Part shown: positions 52,006 to 64,000 of the stretch, one piece after another
Layout: each line of letters begins with the position of its first letter
Position numbering within the stretch: position 1 is the stretch's first letter
Source: the human T2T-CHM13v2.0 reference genome, Homo sapiens
Assembly (NCBI RefSeq): GCF_009914755.1
Contig: NC_060926.1
Reading direction: 5' to 3' (one strand)
DNA length: 64,000 nt
The notes under the pieces: model-generated
Database searches by the model: none
What the model saw: only the letters and a program-made list of their open reading frames with translations
What the model was told of the DNA's origin: nothing
Translations under genes and position numbers: made by a program

Positions 52006-53403
52006 TCATGGATATGCAGATAATCATGGGAGCCAGCCACCCTCCTGAGTGCCCCTAAATAGGTTGAGAGGGGCTGGGGGCAACACATCAGACCATTTAT
52101 CTTTCATCATTATACCATGTCATGGCTATGATGCCACTCTGTCCTGCACAATTTCCATGAGGTATATTTGCCCATAACTAAGTTGCTATCTTTATTTTTT
52201 GTCCTTCTTTCAGCACTACCTGAGGGAAGCTGTTTCTGTTTTTGTTTTTTTGGCAAATTTGACATTGCCAGCATAATGAGCCATCTTGCACTGAGCGTGA
52301 AAATCCCTACTGTCTTTATTAATTTATTCATGAATAACACATGCATTGCCAATTCTTTAGGGAAATTAGGGCATCTATACATACACATCAGCTTCTAAGC
52401 ACAATAGAGAGGAGGGTAGCTGAGCTCTGCCAGGTCCAGGACCCTGGTGCCTATGGAAGATGGAGCATAGTTCTGGCTCAGAGTATGACAGTATTCCCTA
52501 CATCTCATTCTCTTATTTTAAAGATGAGGAAATAAAAGTCCACAGAAGTAGGGTTACTTATCCAATGGGGTCATGTCTGTATCAGAATTCAGTCCCCTGA
52601 CCCCGAGTTTGGTGATCTTTGAGTGAGCATAAGGTGCTTTATGCCATGATGCATTATGGTCAGGAGGAGAAGAAGGTAAAAGCCTGATGAAAATTTCATG
52701 CACAAGCCATAGAAACAGAGATGTTTCCAAGGAAAACAATTTAACTTCTCACTTCTGATTTAGTAATTAATCAGCATGTGTCAGTAGAAGATGCAAGACA
52801 GATTATCAAATTTTCCTAAATCAAGGACATGTTTTTAAGCCTGACTCTTCTAGTTCAGGGAATTATTTGGCCAAATAGCCAAGAGATTTTGGGCAATAGT
52901 ATACATTTCTGAGATTATGTAGATAAGGTTAGGTGAGATAATAGGGAAAGAGAGAAGAAGAGAAACAGTGCATTTTTTACATTAAACAAGTCTTCGCTGG
53001 AGTAGTAAGACTATTTCTTTCTAACATAAGCAACAATAGAAGCTTTCTTAGGGCTTTCAGCCTCAGTGTTTTTCATTATTATGTAAAGGAAGAATCCATA
53101 AGCTGCTTTTCTTTAATCCTAAAAGCACCCATAAAGATGATTAGAACTTACCTTCATCGACATTTCAAAAACAGCATTTTTCTAATCTAAAAACACTGAG
53201 TTTATAAATGACCTGTGCTGTTACTGCCATCTTTGTTAGCCAGCCCCTATTGGTATGGCCCCAAGGAGCCAAAACATTTCTATACTTCAGAACCAAAGGA
53301 TTCATGGGATCCATGGGATTGCCAAGTTCCTGTTGCCAGATGGAGAAAAAAACAAACAAAGTGGTTGGTGAGTCACATTAGGGCACAAAAGACTATTGGG
53401 GCT

Positions 53404-53819
53404 TGTATTAGTCTGTTCTCACACTGCTATAAAGAAATACCTGAGACTACGTGATTTATAAAGAAAAGATTTAATTGGTTCATTGATCTGCAGGTTGTAC
53501 ACGAAGCATGGTGCTGGCATCTGCTCAACTTCTGAGGAGGCCTCAGGAAACTTACAATCCTGGCAGAAGGTGAAGAGGAAGCAGGCTTGCCTTACATGGC
53601 CAGAATAGGACAGAGAGAAAGGGGGGAGGTGCCACACACCTTTAAACAACCAGATCCCAGGAGAACTCACTATCCTGATGACAGCACCAAAGCGCATGTT
53701 GTTAAACCATGAGAAACCGCACCCCAGGATCCAATCACCTCCCACCAAGCCCCACCTCCAACACTGAGGATTAAATTAAACATAAGATTTGAGTGGGGAC
53801 AGAGATCCAAAACACATCA
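53404..53819 (-). mobile_element. MSTA/B solo LTR
   Basis: TGTATTAGTCTGTTCTCACACTGC...CCAAAACACATCA; perfect TSD GGGCT (53399-53403, 53820-53824). Confidence 0.92.
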
Positions 53820-54644
53820 GGGCTTGTTTAGCTTCATATGCTGTGAGAGGCCCTGGACACTTGCTTTCATGCTTTCTCACTGCTCTTGAAAGAGCAGGAG
53901 CCCAGGGCTGGTCCAACCTCACAATCTCCCATGCATCCCAGCTGTACCAGTCATCCCCATCTTCTCAGTGGGCATGTAAGAGAGCCTCCCTCCAGGGGCA
54001 TCCACTCAGTTCTTTCCTCTCTTACATGGCCCCTCACTTTTTCAAAGTACACTGTCTCTACCAATGAACCCTGTATTTATTCATTGAAATCCTCCTCTCC
54101 TGCATAGCGAGCATGAAAATGTAGATAAAGCTCAAAAGACATGGGAAGGGCTTTATACCTACATCAGAATATATTTTTACTAATTTATCCACTATCTCTA
54201 ATTTTCTCTCCCTTCTGTAAAGTCTTGTTCCTGGCCCTAATCCCATTTTATTCCTTTATACTTTCATTAATTTATCCAACACATATGTATTGGGTATTTA
54301 TTATGTCTGTGCAGTCTGTAGTTGCAAAATATAGTCTCAAAAGAGATTTGGGCAGAGTCTGGGACATTTGTCCCACAAGCCCCAATTTTATTTCTGTCCC
54401 TATCTCTACCTCTATCTCAATAGATAAATAGATAATCTTTAGAACAGCCACATTATGGATTAATTAGATGTTTGTGGGCTGGCCTGGGTACACAGTCATT
54501 CTTTATGATGGTGATCCTCAATCTCTGCTCCCACACAACTCTGAAGATTCATGAGTTAGTCCTGTCTCAATTACAGTGAAGAGTTGAGGGAGAGAGGAGT
54601 TGAATCTATACTCTTGGAATATATTACCAATTTAAAAATTTCTG

Positions 54645-54790
54645 GGCCAGGTATGGTGGTTCATCCCTGTAATCCCAGCACTTTGAGAGGCCGAGATGGA
54701 AGGTTTGCTTGAGCCTAGGGGTTTGAGACCAGTCTGGGCAACATAGTGAGACCCTGTCTCTACAAAAAAAGGAAAAAGGGGAAAAAATAG
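54645..54790 (+). mobile_element. FLAM-like Alu monomer
   Basis: Single left arm GGCCAGGTATGGTGG...CTTGAGCCTAGG...GACCCTGTCTCTACAAAAAAA. Confidence 0.85.
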
Positions 54791-57594
54791 AATTTTCCTC
54801 ATTAATATTTCTTAAATCTTTGCCAACTATTGCTTCTTATCTGCAAGTAAGCCTAACAGATGACAGAAAAATTACCAATGATGAATGAACAGGGAATCTA
54901 AGATATAAATTGAAAAACTATTTTCATGGATGTGTGTGCTCTTGGTTATGATTTGACATTATATCCATAGGCTTAATGCATATTTTTGATTAGTTGAATG
55001 TTACTACTTCCTGTGATGAAATTAAATATGTCAGTATTTCATGGTGTTCTGTGAAGAGCACCATGCCATTCATGTGTGCCACCATCTGAATAAATTTGAG
55101 AATCTCTTCCGTATAGTACGTTTTCAATAAAATAATAAATATTAATAAATAACAGTTCTGCCGTTAATAAATAACTAACTGAAAAATGAACCTTTGGAGG
55201 TTAACTAGTTCACAGTAATAAAGCTACATAATACTTGTTTGTGCTTTCTAGTTTCTAGACATTTCACTTGCATTATTGCATTTCAGGGACTACAATCTAT
55301 CTCCATATTCTGCTTGAGGAAATCAGAATACAGAGAATTTGAGTGGATTTTTCAAGCTCAAACAATTAGTAAGTGCCAGAGGTAGTGTTCAACTTCTCTT
55401 CATTTAATGCCAAATCCAGTGTTCATTTCCACAGTTTAAATCATTTTATTTACTATGAAAGAAAAGACTGAACAATATCCAAAGTACTATACAATAATCA
55501 AGCCAAGAGAAGAAATAGTAATGCACCAAAATCACGCCCTAAAATCATCAGATCCCTTGAAATATTGGAAGTCAAAGATCAGCTTACATTAATTTCAACC
55601 TTGTTAACATTTTCTCTAGGAAGGAAGAGATCTTAATACCATGAAACAACATACCGAATAATAGAATCTTGAAGTGCTAGTAGAGTCAAAAACCGTTGCA
55701 GAGAAGCATTCTATACAACAAAGCAATTTTCACATCTAAAGGAATGATGCAAAGAACATTGCTTTGTTGAATTTTTTAACAGCAAATTCTACCCAACAAA
55801 TAATTCTGTTCAGCAGGAGTTTTCATTGATTCCTGTTCACATAACAGTCATTCTGTAATGGGAAAATAACTTGATTTTTGTGTGTTTGGGAAAGAAAATC
55901 TAGGTTAAAGTTTTATTTTTTTATACTGTCTTAAGTTCATGATCAAGGAGAAATCATTCTAACTCATCTTACATTTTTCCTCCAAAACACAAGCAAGTAA
56001 TGATCATCTAAAGGGCAACTGGTGAAGAAATTCAAATCTGATCCCCTGCCTTCCCTTCCCATGGGATTCAAAGCACTTCTTTAATTTTTAAAATAATTTT
56101 GAGGGAGGGGCAATAAATCTGTTTCAGTTATAGAGCTTGGGCATTTACTTATATGGAAGAGAATACTTAGATAAATCTTGTAGGTTTCTGTGAAGTTCTT
56201 TATTTAAAAAAATAAAATCTGTTCTTGTTAAGCCACAGGCTTAGGAAACATTTACCAAGTCAATCAAATGGTCTTGAGAGTGAGAAATATTTGTTCTGTC
56301 CCATTTAAAGGTTAGGGTCGAGTAATCATTTTCACTTACTTATTCTAAATGGCAATATTTTAATGTTTGTACCTATTATAAAAGCAATGACATGCTTAAA
56401 ATTAAATGATTAGTCCCCAAAGCAGAAAGCAAAAATTCCTCTTTATTAAGAGGCAGGAATATAAAGCAATATTGGCTTCATTTTGGCCTTCTCCCAACTA
56501 AGACAGCAAAGAAAAATTTTATCTTTGTTCCAGTATTCATTTACTTCCTATTTCCAATCCTCTTTTCTCTTTTCTTAATAATTATCAATATTAACATTTA
56601 GTATAAAGAAAAAATTGTAATGACTGATTTGGATCAAAGATAATCACTGTTTGACTAGGAAATAAGACCACATATATCTTTAGATGGTTTTTAAAAAGAC
56701 CCAAATAGAAAGATCAAAGTTCCCACCACTAGGAAATGGTCATCACAACAATGATGAGTCCACAATGGACTTTAGGAAAGTGGAGATGATAAGGAAACTA
56801 CCTGGTGATAGCTTTGTTAGCAGGGAATAGTGATTAGCCCATGGATCCTAAGAAAATGTTTTGAGAGAGGGGGATCATGGATAGGTGATATCTATTAAAG
56901 GATACCATGCAGGGAAGCCAGAAAGTAAGATAACAGAGAGCAAGATTCTGGATGAATGAAGCACGGAGTTTCCCTGCAGGATTTGTAAGTGTCCCTGAAG
57001 AATTTAAAAGATGGTCAGTGACTCCAGGGTTCCTATTACTGACATCTGATAGCATTGTCCTTTTTTATACACAGTGATTAGGTAACTAGAATCTTTACTA
57101 GCAGGAGGACCCCAGGCTATTGTCTAGATTTTGGGAGGGACTTATATTCGCTTGGCTATTGGCCAAATGAAAATACATGTGAAAGATCTTTGTAAACTGA
57201 AGAATGCTGTAATATCATCATTATTGGAATGTCAATGTTTTGGGAATCATTGGCACGAGAATTACGTGTAAAGCTTTTTGCTGATACACGGTCCTTGAGT
57301 TTCTTGAACTCTTGATAAACTCGTCTCCATCATGTGAAACTCCTGTGCTGTTTCAGGTTCATCAAGAACATTATGCCAACTCAACTAATTCCATTTTGTT
57401 AATGTTCCAGTGCAATACCATGGATATTAAGTATTAGATTTCTACATGACTGTTTATGTGGTCCAAAATATTTTCATGAGCAATATAGAGCAGCTTAGAT
57501 TACTCGATGAAAACTTAACCATTTGGACATTACCGCATGAGTCAACTAACGTATTCGTTTCAGCTTAGAAGTGACTTTCAACTTGCCCACCAAC

Positions 57595-57830
57595 AATAAC
57601 AAATGTTTATTGAATATCTATGGGTCCGGCACTATATTAAGTGCTGAGGATACAGTGGTAAACAAGCTAGAAATAATTCCTGCCCTCAAGAAACTCAAAA
57701 GCTAGTAAACAAAACAGGCAATAATAAGGAAGCAAATGGTAGAATTACAAAATTTTTGAATGCTGCTACAAAAAAATCACACAGGGTGATGGAGATGGAG
57801 AATAACAGAAAAGGAATATCTAAACTGTCA
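57595..57830 (-). mobile_element. L2 3' fragment
   Basis: AACAAATGTTTATTGAATATCTATGGGTCCGGCACTATATTAAGTGCTGAGGATACAG. Confidence 0.75.
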
Positions 57831-59149
57831 AAAGATTTATACTTGGTCTTGCCCATTTTTTGTTTGTTTGTTGTTTTAACTTATTTTAAATTGCCTCATT
57901 GAGATAAAATTCACATACCTTCAAATTCACCCAGTTAAAGTGTACGAGTCAACGCTTTTTGATATATTCCCAGGGTAGTAAAACCCCAATATCTAATCTT
58001 GAAACATTTTTAATCACCCTTGAAAGAAACCCCACACTGATTAGCAGCCACTCCCCATTTCCCCCAAGCTCCCCCAAGAAACCACTAACTTTGTTTCTGT
58101 ATCCATAGATTTAGCTATTCTGAACATTTCATATAAATGGAATGATATATATGTGGTCTTTTGTGTCTGGCTTCTTTCATTCAGCACATGGTTTCCAAGG
58201 TCCATCTATGTTGTAGCATTTATCAGAATTTCATTGCTTTTAAAAGCTGAATAATATGTCATTAAATGTACATACCACATTATATTTATCCATTCATCTC
58301 TTGATGGGCATTTGGCTTGTTGTTTGGCCATTAAAAATAATGCTGCTCTGAACACAAGTGTACAAATATTTTCATTCTTTTTTGTGGACAAATAATATTT
58401 CATTACGTGAATATAACATTTTATTTATCTATTCATCAGTGGATAAGCACTGGGTTGTTTTCACTTCTTGTCTGTTGTGAATAATATTGCTATGAATATT
58501 CATGTACACATTGTTGTGTGGACATATGTTTTGTTATTTAGCTTGGATACACACCTAAGAATGAAATTGTTGAGTCATATGATATCCCCATGTTTAACAT
58601 TTTGAGGACCTGCTAAATAGTTTTCCAAAAAAGTTGCAATAATTTATACTCCCACAAGCAATATATGAGGGTTGCAATTTCTCCACATTCTCTCTAATGC
58701 TTGATATTGTTTGACTATAACCATCTTAGTGGATGTAAAGTGGTATCTTGTGGTTTTGAGTCACATTTCCCTAAAGGCTAGTGGGCACTTTTCATGTGCT
58801 TATTGGCCATTTGTATATCTTCTGTGGAGGAATGGCTATTCAAATGCTTTTCCCATTTTTGAAATTTGGTTATTTGTGTTTTCATTTTTGAGTTCTAAGA
58901 GTTCTTTACATACTGTGAATATAAGTCTCTTATATTTCCTTTCCTTCTATACTTGACCTTTCATTTTCTTGATACTATCATTTACAGCAAAAAAAAAAAA
59001 GTGTTAAATTTGAAGTCCAGTGTATCTATTTTCACTTTTTTCACACATGCTTTTGGTGTCATATCTAAGTAACCATCACCCAACCTAAGATCATAAAGAT
59101 TTAATCCAATGTTTCTCCTTAGACCTTTATAATTTTAAATTTTTTTAAT

Positions 59150-59461
59150 TTTTATTTTATTGTTATTATTATTTTTTTTTTTTTGAGACAGCATCTGGCT
59201 CTGTCACGCAGCCTGGAGTACAGTAGCACCATCTTGGCTCATTGCAACCTCCACGTTCTGGCCTCAAGCAATCCTCCCACCTCAGCCTCCTGAGTAGCAG
59301 GGACTACCGGTGTGCACCACCACGCCCGGGTAATCTTTGTTTGTTTTTCTGTAGAGACGGGGTTTCGCCATGCTGCCCAGGCTGGTCTCAAACTCCTGGG
59401 CTCAAGCCGTACACCCGCCATAGCCTCCCAAACTGCTAGGATTACAGGCGTGAGTCATTGC
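59150..59461 (-). mobile_element. AluJ
   Basis: Antisense Alu with J diagnostics (CTCAAGCAATCCTCCCACCTCAGCC; CTCCTGGGCTCAAG); TSD TATAATTTTAAATTTT. Confidence 0.88.
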
Positions 59462-59485
59462 TATAATTTTAAATTTTACATTTAG

Positions 59486-59795
59486 GGCTGGGCGCAGTGG
59501 CTCACGCCTGTAATCCCAGCACTTTGGGAGGCCGAGGTGGGCGGATCAAGAGGTCAGGAGATAGAGACCATCCCGGCTAACACAGTGAAACCTTGTCTCT
59601 ACTAAAACTACAAAAAATTAGCCGGGCAGGGTGGCACATGCCTGTAGTCCCAGCTACTCGGGAGGCTGAGGCAGGACAATCGCTTGAACCTGGGGCGGAG
59701 GTTGCATTGAGCCGAGATCGCGCCACTGCACTGCAGCCTGAGCGACAGAGTAAGACTCGGACTAAAAAAATAAAAAATAAAAATAAAAAAACAAT
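59486..59795 (+). mobile_element. AluSc/Y-like
   Basis: GGCTGGGCGCAGTGG...GAGATAGAGACCATCCCGGCTAAC...A-rich tail. Confidence 0.92.
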
Positions 59796-60814
59796 TTAAA
59801 AAATTACTTTTAGGTGTAGGACCCTTTTTTGAGGGTTTTTTTTTTTTGTAATTTTTGTATGTGCTGTGAGACAGTGGTCCAGTTTTATTCTCTTGTATGT
59901 GAATATACATTGGCACCACCACTGCTCATTAAAAAGACTGTTCTTTTCCTCTGTTGAATTCTGTTGGCACTCTTGTTGAAAATTGATTGGCCATAAATGT
60001 AAAGATTTATTTCTGGACTTCCAATTTTATTACATTAACCTATTAGTCTGTTCTTATGCCAATAACACACTGTCTTGATTACTGCAGGTTTGTAGTACGT
60101 TTTTATATCAGGAACTGTGCGTCTTCCAACTTTGTTCTTTTTCAAGACTGTTTTGACTATCCTGGGTTCCTAGCATTTTCAAATAAATTTCAGGATTAGA
60201 TCGACAAGTTCTGCAAAGAGCTAGATATCATTTTAATAGGGATTTTGTTAAATCTGTGGATCAATTTGGGTCATATTGTCATCTTAATAACATTAAATCT
60301 TTTGATTCATGAAAATGAGGTGTCAGAAGACTACATAGAGATATTTAGATATTCTTTTTTCTGTCAACAATATTTTTAATTTTCAGTGTATAAGATTTGC
60401 CCTTCTTATAAGGATAAAATCTATCCTTAGTATTTTATTCCTTTCAATGCTGCTGTAAACGAAATTGTTTTCTTAACTTCATCTTCAAATTGTTCATTTA
60501 TATCGTATGGAAATACAATTAATTTTTGTATATTGACTTTGTATCCTGCAACTTTGCTGAACTTGTTTACTACCATCAGTTATTTTTGGTGGCTTCTTTA
60601 GGATTTTCTGTATAAAAGATCATATCATCTGTGTTGCCTCATTTTTCATCTTTAATTAGCGGAACAGATATAGAAAGAAAAAGAATTTAAGAAATTATAA
60701 GCAAATATTTGAAGTAAATTTATTCTTTGTATCACCAGGGACCAATTTTGTGATTACTAAAAACATACAATTTAAAGAAAAATATATTTGGGTACAAAGT
60801 CAAGAAAAATATTG

Positions 60815-61035
60815 TAAATAAGCATAGTTATTCAGCAACAGAGTAGGCTGCCTAGCGAGGTAGTGAACACTCAATAACTAAAGGTGTTCACTCAACAACA
60901 CAGCTGTTCAGGGTGTGTTATAGAAGGGATTTCAACAACACAGCTGTTCAGGGTGTGTTATAGAAGGGATCTGAGCATCAGGAAATGAACTGGACTGCGT
61001 GATTTCTAGTCTCTTCCAATTTTGAATGTATGTTA
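60815..61035 (+). mobile_element. L3/CR1-like 3' end remnant
   Basis: GCTGCCTAGCGAGGTAGTGAAC..AGGTGTTCA..TGGACT..TCTCTTCCAATTTTGAATGTATG resembles the CR1 3' terminus. Confidence 0.5.
60892..60970. repeat. Perfect tandem duplication, 40-bp period
   Basis: 60892-60930 is identical to 60932-60970. Confidence 0.95.
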
Positions 61036-64000
61036 CTAATTCATTATATTTTACTAACTACTTTTATGTAGATATTTAACCACATAAATGCTATGAACAA
61101 GGATCAGTAAGATTTCCTATTTAATAATAAAAGCAAGACCACAGTGTGTTTCTGCATACAATTACGAGTTTTCTTCTGTGGGTACAAAAGTGGTTTCTAT
61201 TATCAACCCTGCAAGGTCTAGGTTATGTAGCATTTCAGTAGGTCTTAAATTTTCCAGGAGCCATTCATCCCTGAGAAGAATTATTATCAGACATCTAAGG
61301 TATATGAATACTAATATTATGCATCTCCTTTCAAAGTGCTTTCACTCTTAAAATATCTCTGTGAGCTTTCAAACAACCCCCACTCTGCAAGGAAACTTAG
61401 AGCTCATTGAAGAGATTTATTCCTGCAATCTGGCTATATTTAACATCCATGGTGGAACAGCTGTGGTTCCACGGTGGAAGTAACAGAAATGGACACTTAA
61501 GCAAAAGGGAAGTTATTGGAAAGAATTCAGGGCCTCACAAAATTGATGGAAGTAGGAGACCCAGATAGTAAAGGAACATCAGAAGGCTAAGACCCAGAAG
61601 CATACAATTGTCTCATACCAAAATGTATATGGTTATTACTCCATACTTGCCACCATAAAGAATTCTATTCAGCTATTTCTTCTTCCGCCCTTGCTTCACA
61701 CTTTCAAGTTTCAACGTCCTAAAAGAAAGCCCCCAGTCAGTCTAGATTAGGTCATAAGTTCATTCCATTGAAACATCAGAATGAAGAGAAAAATGCTGTG
61801 GACCTCTCAGCTCTATAAATGGAGGCATGCAGAAGGAATTAACCTTGCACACGCACAAAAAATGCAGAATAAGGGAAAGGTAACACCCTTGAAAGAAACT
61901 GAAGTACTATTGAAATTAGATGTTGGGTATTCAACCAAAGAACGCCAAATATTCTCTCCACACATGCAGTGCTTTTTTGGATTTATTTAAGAGCTGCTGT
62001 AGTTGCAATCCTGGCAACCTCAGAGATCAGATTTTTCTCTACTATCTTCTCCACAGTAGAGATTTGTTGTGGCACTCTGCCACCTGTTATTTTTTGTCTA
62101 TAACACAAAGAAATAGAGACAAAGTTTTTGCCTCAAAAATGTTTTTCTTGTGGTAGGACCTTGTCTTTATAACCCTCACCCCAGTCTCAATCAAGTGGCC
62201 CAGTTTCTGTTTTAGACCGTTATTTAAAATCCTGACTGTTCCAATATACTAATGAGGCACCATTATCTGAGGGCTGTTTTTCAACTGCCCTGGTTTCTTG
62301 TTTGTATTACTACTGTCATCTCTTGGCCTAAATATTTTTTATATTTAATGATGCCTTAGTGCTTCTATCCTAGGCTTTTTAGCAAAGGCAGCTAATTTAA
62401 AAATCAAATAAATGAGTCTTTCTGGACTTCTAATTTCTAGCTCAAGGCCAGAACTACTAGACAATTAACTCCTTTAGATTTAAAACAAATAGAATATGAA
62501 GTTTAATCATGTATTTAATATAATTCAAAATATAAATGATCAAAATAACGTGAAAGCACTTGTTTTGTTGTTCCATGGGATCACAACAATTAAGAATCAA
62601 AGTTTCTCTTTCTTTAACTTTTAGAGAAGAAGAAAGACTTCTTAATTCCCAAAGGTAAAGTCCTCATGAATCATGACTTAAAAGCCAGTTTCTTCAACAC
62701 CACGCAGGACTATGACTCATACCTTGTCTTTATTTCATGTTGCGATTCCTTAAGAAGGTATAGGTTGGCCAACAGAATTCATCTGGGTAAAGGATGTGAG
62801 CCCCAACCTAATCAATATAATCACTATTTTTGTCAGCACTGCCTTTTGTTTTCTTAACATCTACTAATCAGAGGAAGATGGTTGTTTATTTCCACTGGTT
62901 CCATCAGCATTTAACTTTCTAAGGACTTACTACTGTGGGCCAAATTTGACTCACTATTTGAGGTTATTAATAGTCTCCATAATGCTACTTCCTGATTGGC
63001 TTGCTACCCTGAACTAACATGGAATTCAATCAATGTTTCCGCACTAGAGTGCATTCATAATTTCAGCGAATGTATTTTGAAGCAAGGAATGGAAACCATA
63101 TGTAAAGTGTAAGAATCAACAAAACTATGTATTTCCTTGGTCTTTGGGTTTGTTTATATCCCTTCTCATCTCAGAAAGAATTCATAGTGCTTCTGTGGCT
63201 GTATTTAAATTAGGATCCTTATACAGGGAACATGAGTTGAACCATCCACATTGTCTTTTGAAAAAGGGATTAAACATACCTCTCAGAACCAGTGCATTCC
63301 ATATTGAAGCAAAGATCACAAAGACTTGTTTCAAAGCTGAACAAGTTTCCACAACTATGCTATTGTCAGGCTACTTCCCATGAGCCACCCTAAGGTCTGC
63401 ACTAGCAAAAAGCCAGCAAAAGCAAACCATGTCCGGCTTTCTCAATACAGATTATCCAACCAACAGCTTAAATAGGTATCATCTGAGTTTTGTTACTTTA
63501 CAAATGTAAGTAGAATATATCATAGTATATTTTTAATTTCACAGTAAGTAAATCAACAATTACTCTAATTCTACTTACATGTGAAATTATTTTAAAATAA
63601 AGAATTTTTGACCAATCAATTTATATTTCAGCTTTATTTCTTTCTTCTCCATTTCATTTTAGTATTCAGATATCTGGTTTCATTTCTGAGAATAATATTA
63701 TGTAGTTGGACTTAATGCCATCATAGCCAATGGAGAATAAAATATACCCAAACGTTTCTATAGGATTGCTCAGCAAATGAATTACCTATAAAAATAAACA
63801 CTAGTATTGTTTTGTCCTAACTACACTGTGAAAATGTGTCTTTCCTCACTCAATAAGGGTATTTTCAGGTTCATTATTTCTGCTGAATAATCTAATTCCC
63901 TGCTTGTGCCCCAAACTTAAACTCAGACAAATGATGTTCTATTGAAGGCATTTGAGGTTACATTGTGATGGGAACATGGAGAGATAACAACACCAACCAA

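Larger units (their letters stand above)
57880..60631 (-). mobile_element. L1MB-like 3' ~2.1 kb fragment interrupted by two Alus
   Basis: Antisense L1M 3' UTR and ORF2 motifs (TTGAGATAAAATTCACATACC, TATTGGCCATTTGTATATCTTC, ATTGACTTTGTATCCTGCAACTTTGCTGAAC, AAGATCATATCATCTG). Confidence 0.85.

Noticed and set aside
61448-61478. Imperfect hairpin CCATGGTGGAAC-N7-GTTCCACGGTGG
   Set aside because: A 12-bp stem with 2 mismatches is expected by chance in 64 kb, and it borders an old MLT1-like remnant.

Overview
This is AT-rich, CpG-depleted primate (human-like) genomic DNA, intergenic or deep intronic. I find no supportable protein-coding exon, RNA gene, CpG island or CRISPR array, and most ORFs in the track fall inside repeats. 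The window is mainly a layered fossil record of transposable elements. (1) A full MaLR (MST) provirus at 688-3589 carries a solo LTR7 (HERV-H). (2) A two-LTR, pol-less ERV1 provirus on the minus strand (9820-16649, MER66/ERV-V-like) retains readable but broken gag and an EnvV-like env, and is interrupted by AluJ, THE1, AluS and MER1. (3) A five-level nest at 18.4-21.3 kb runs MIR < hAT-Tip100 < MLT1 < MADE1 < THE1. (4) L1 pieces include a twin-primed inversion. (5) Many Alu, MIR, L2 and MaLR solo LTRs are present. The least explained segment is about 37.85-38.6 kb, which reads like a very old non-LTR reverse-transcriptase fossil. I cannot support a new biological system from sequence alone. 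Subfamily names are recalled from consensus sequences and need Dfam/RepeatMasker confirmation.
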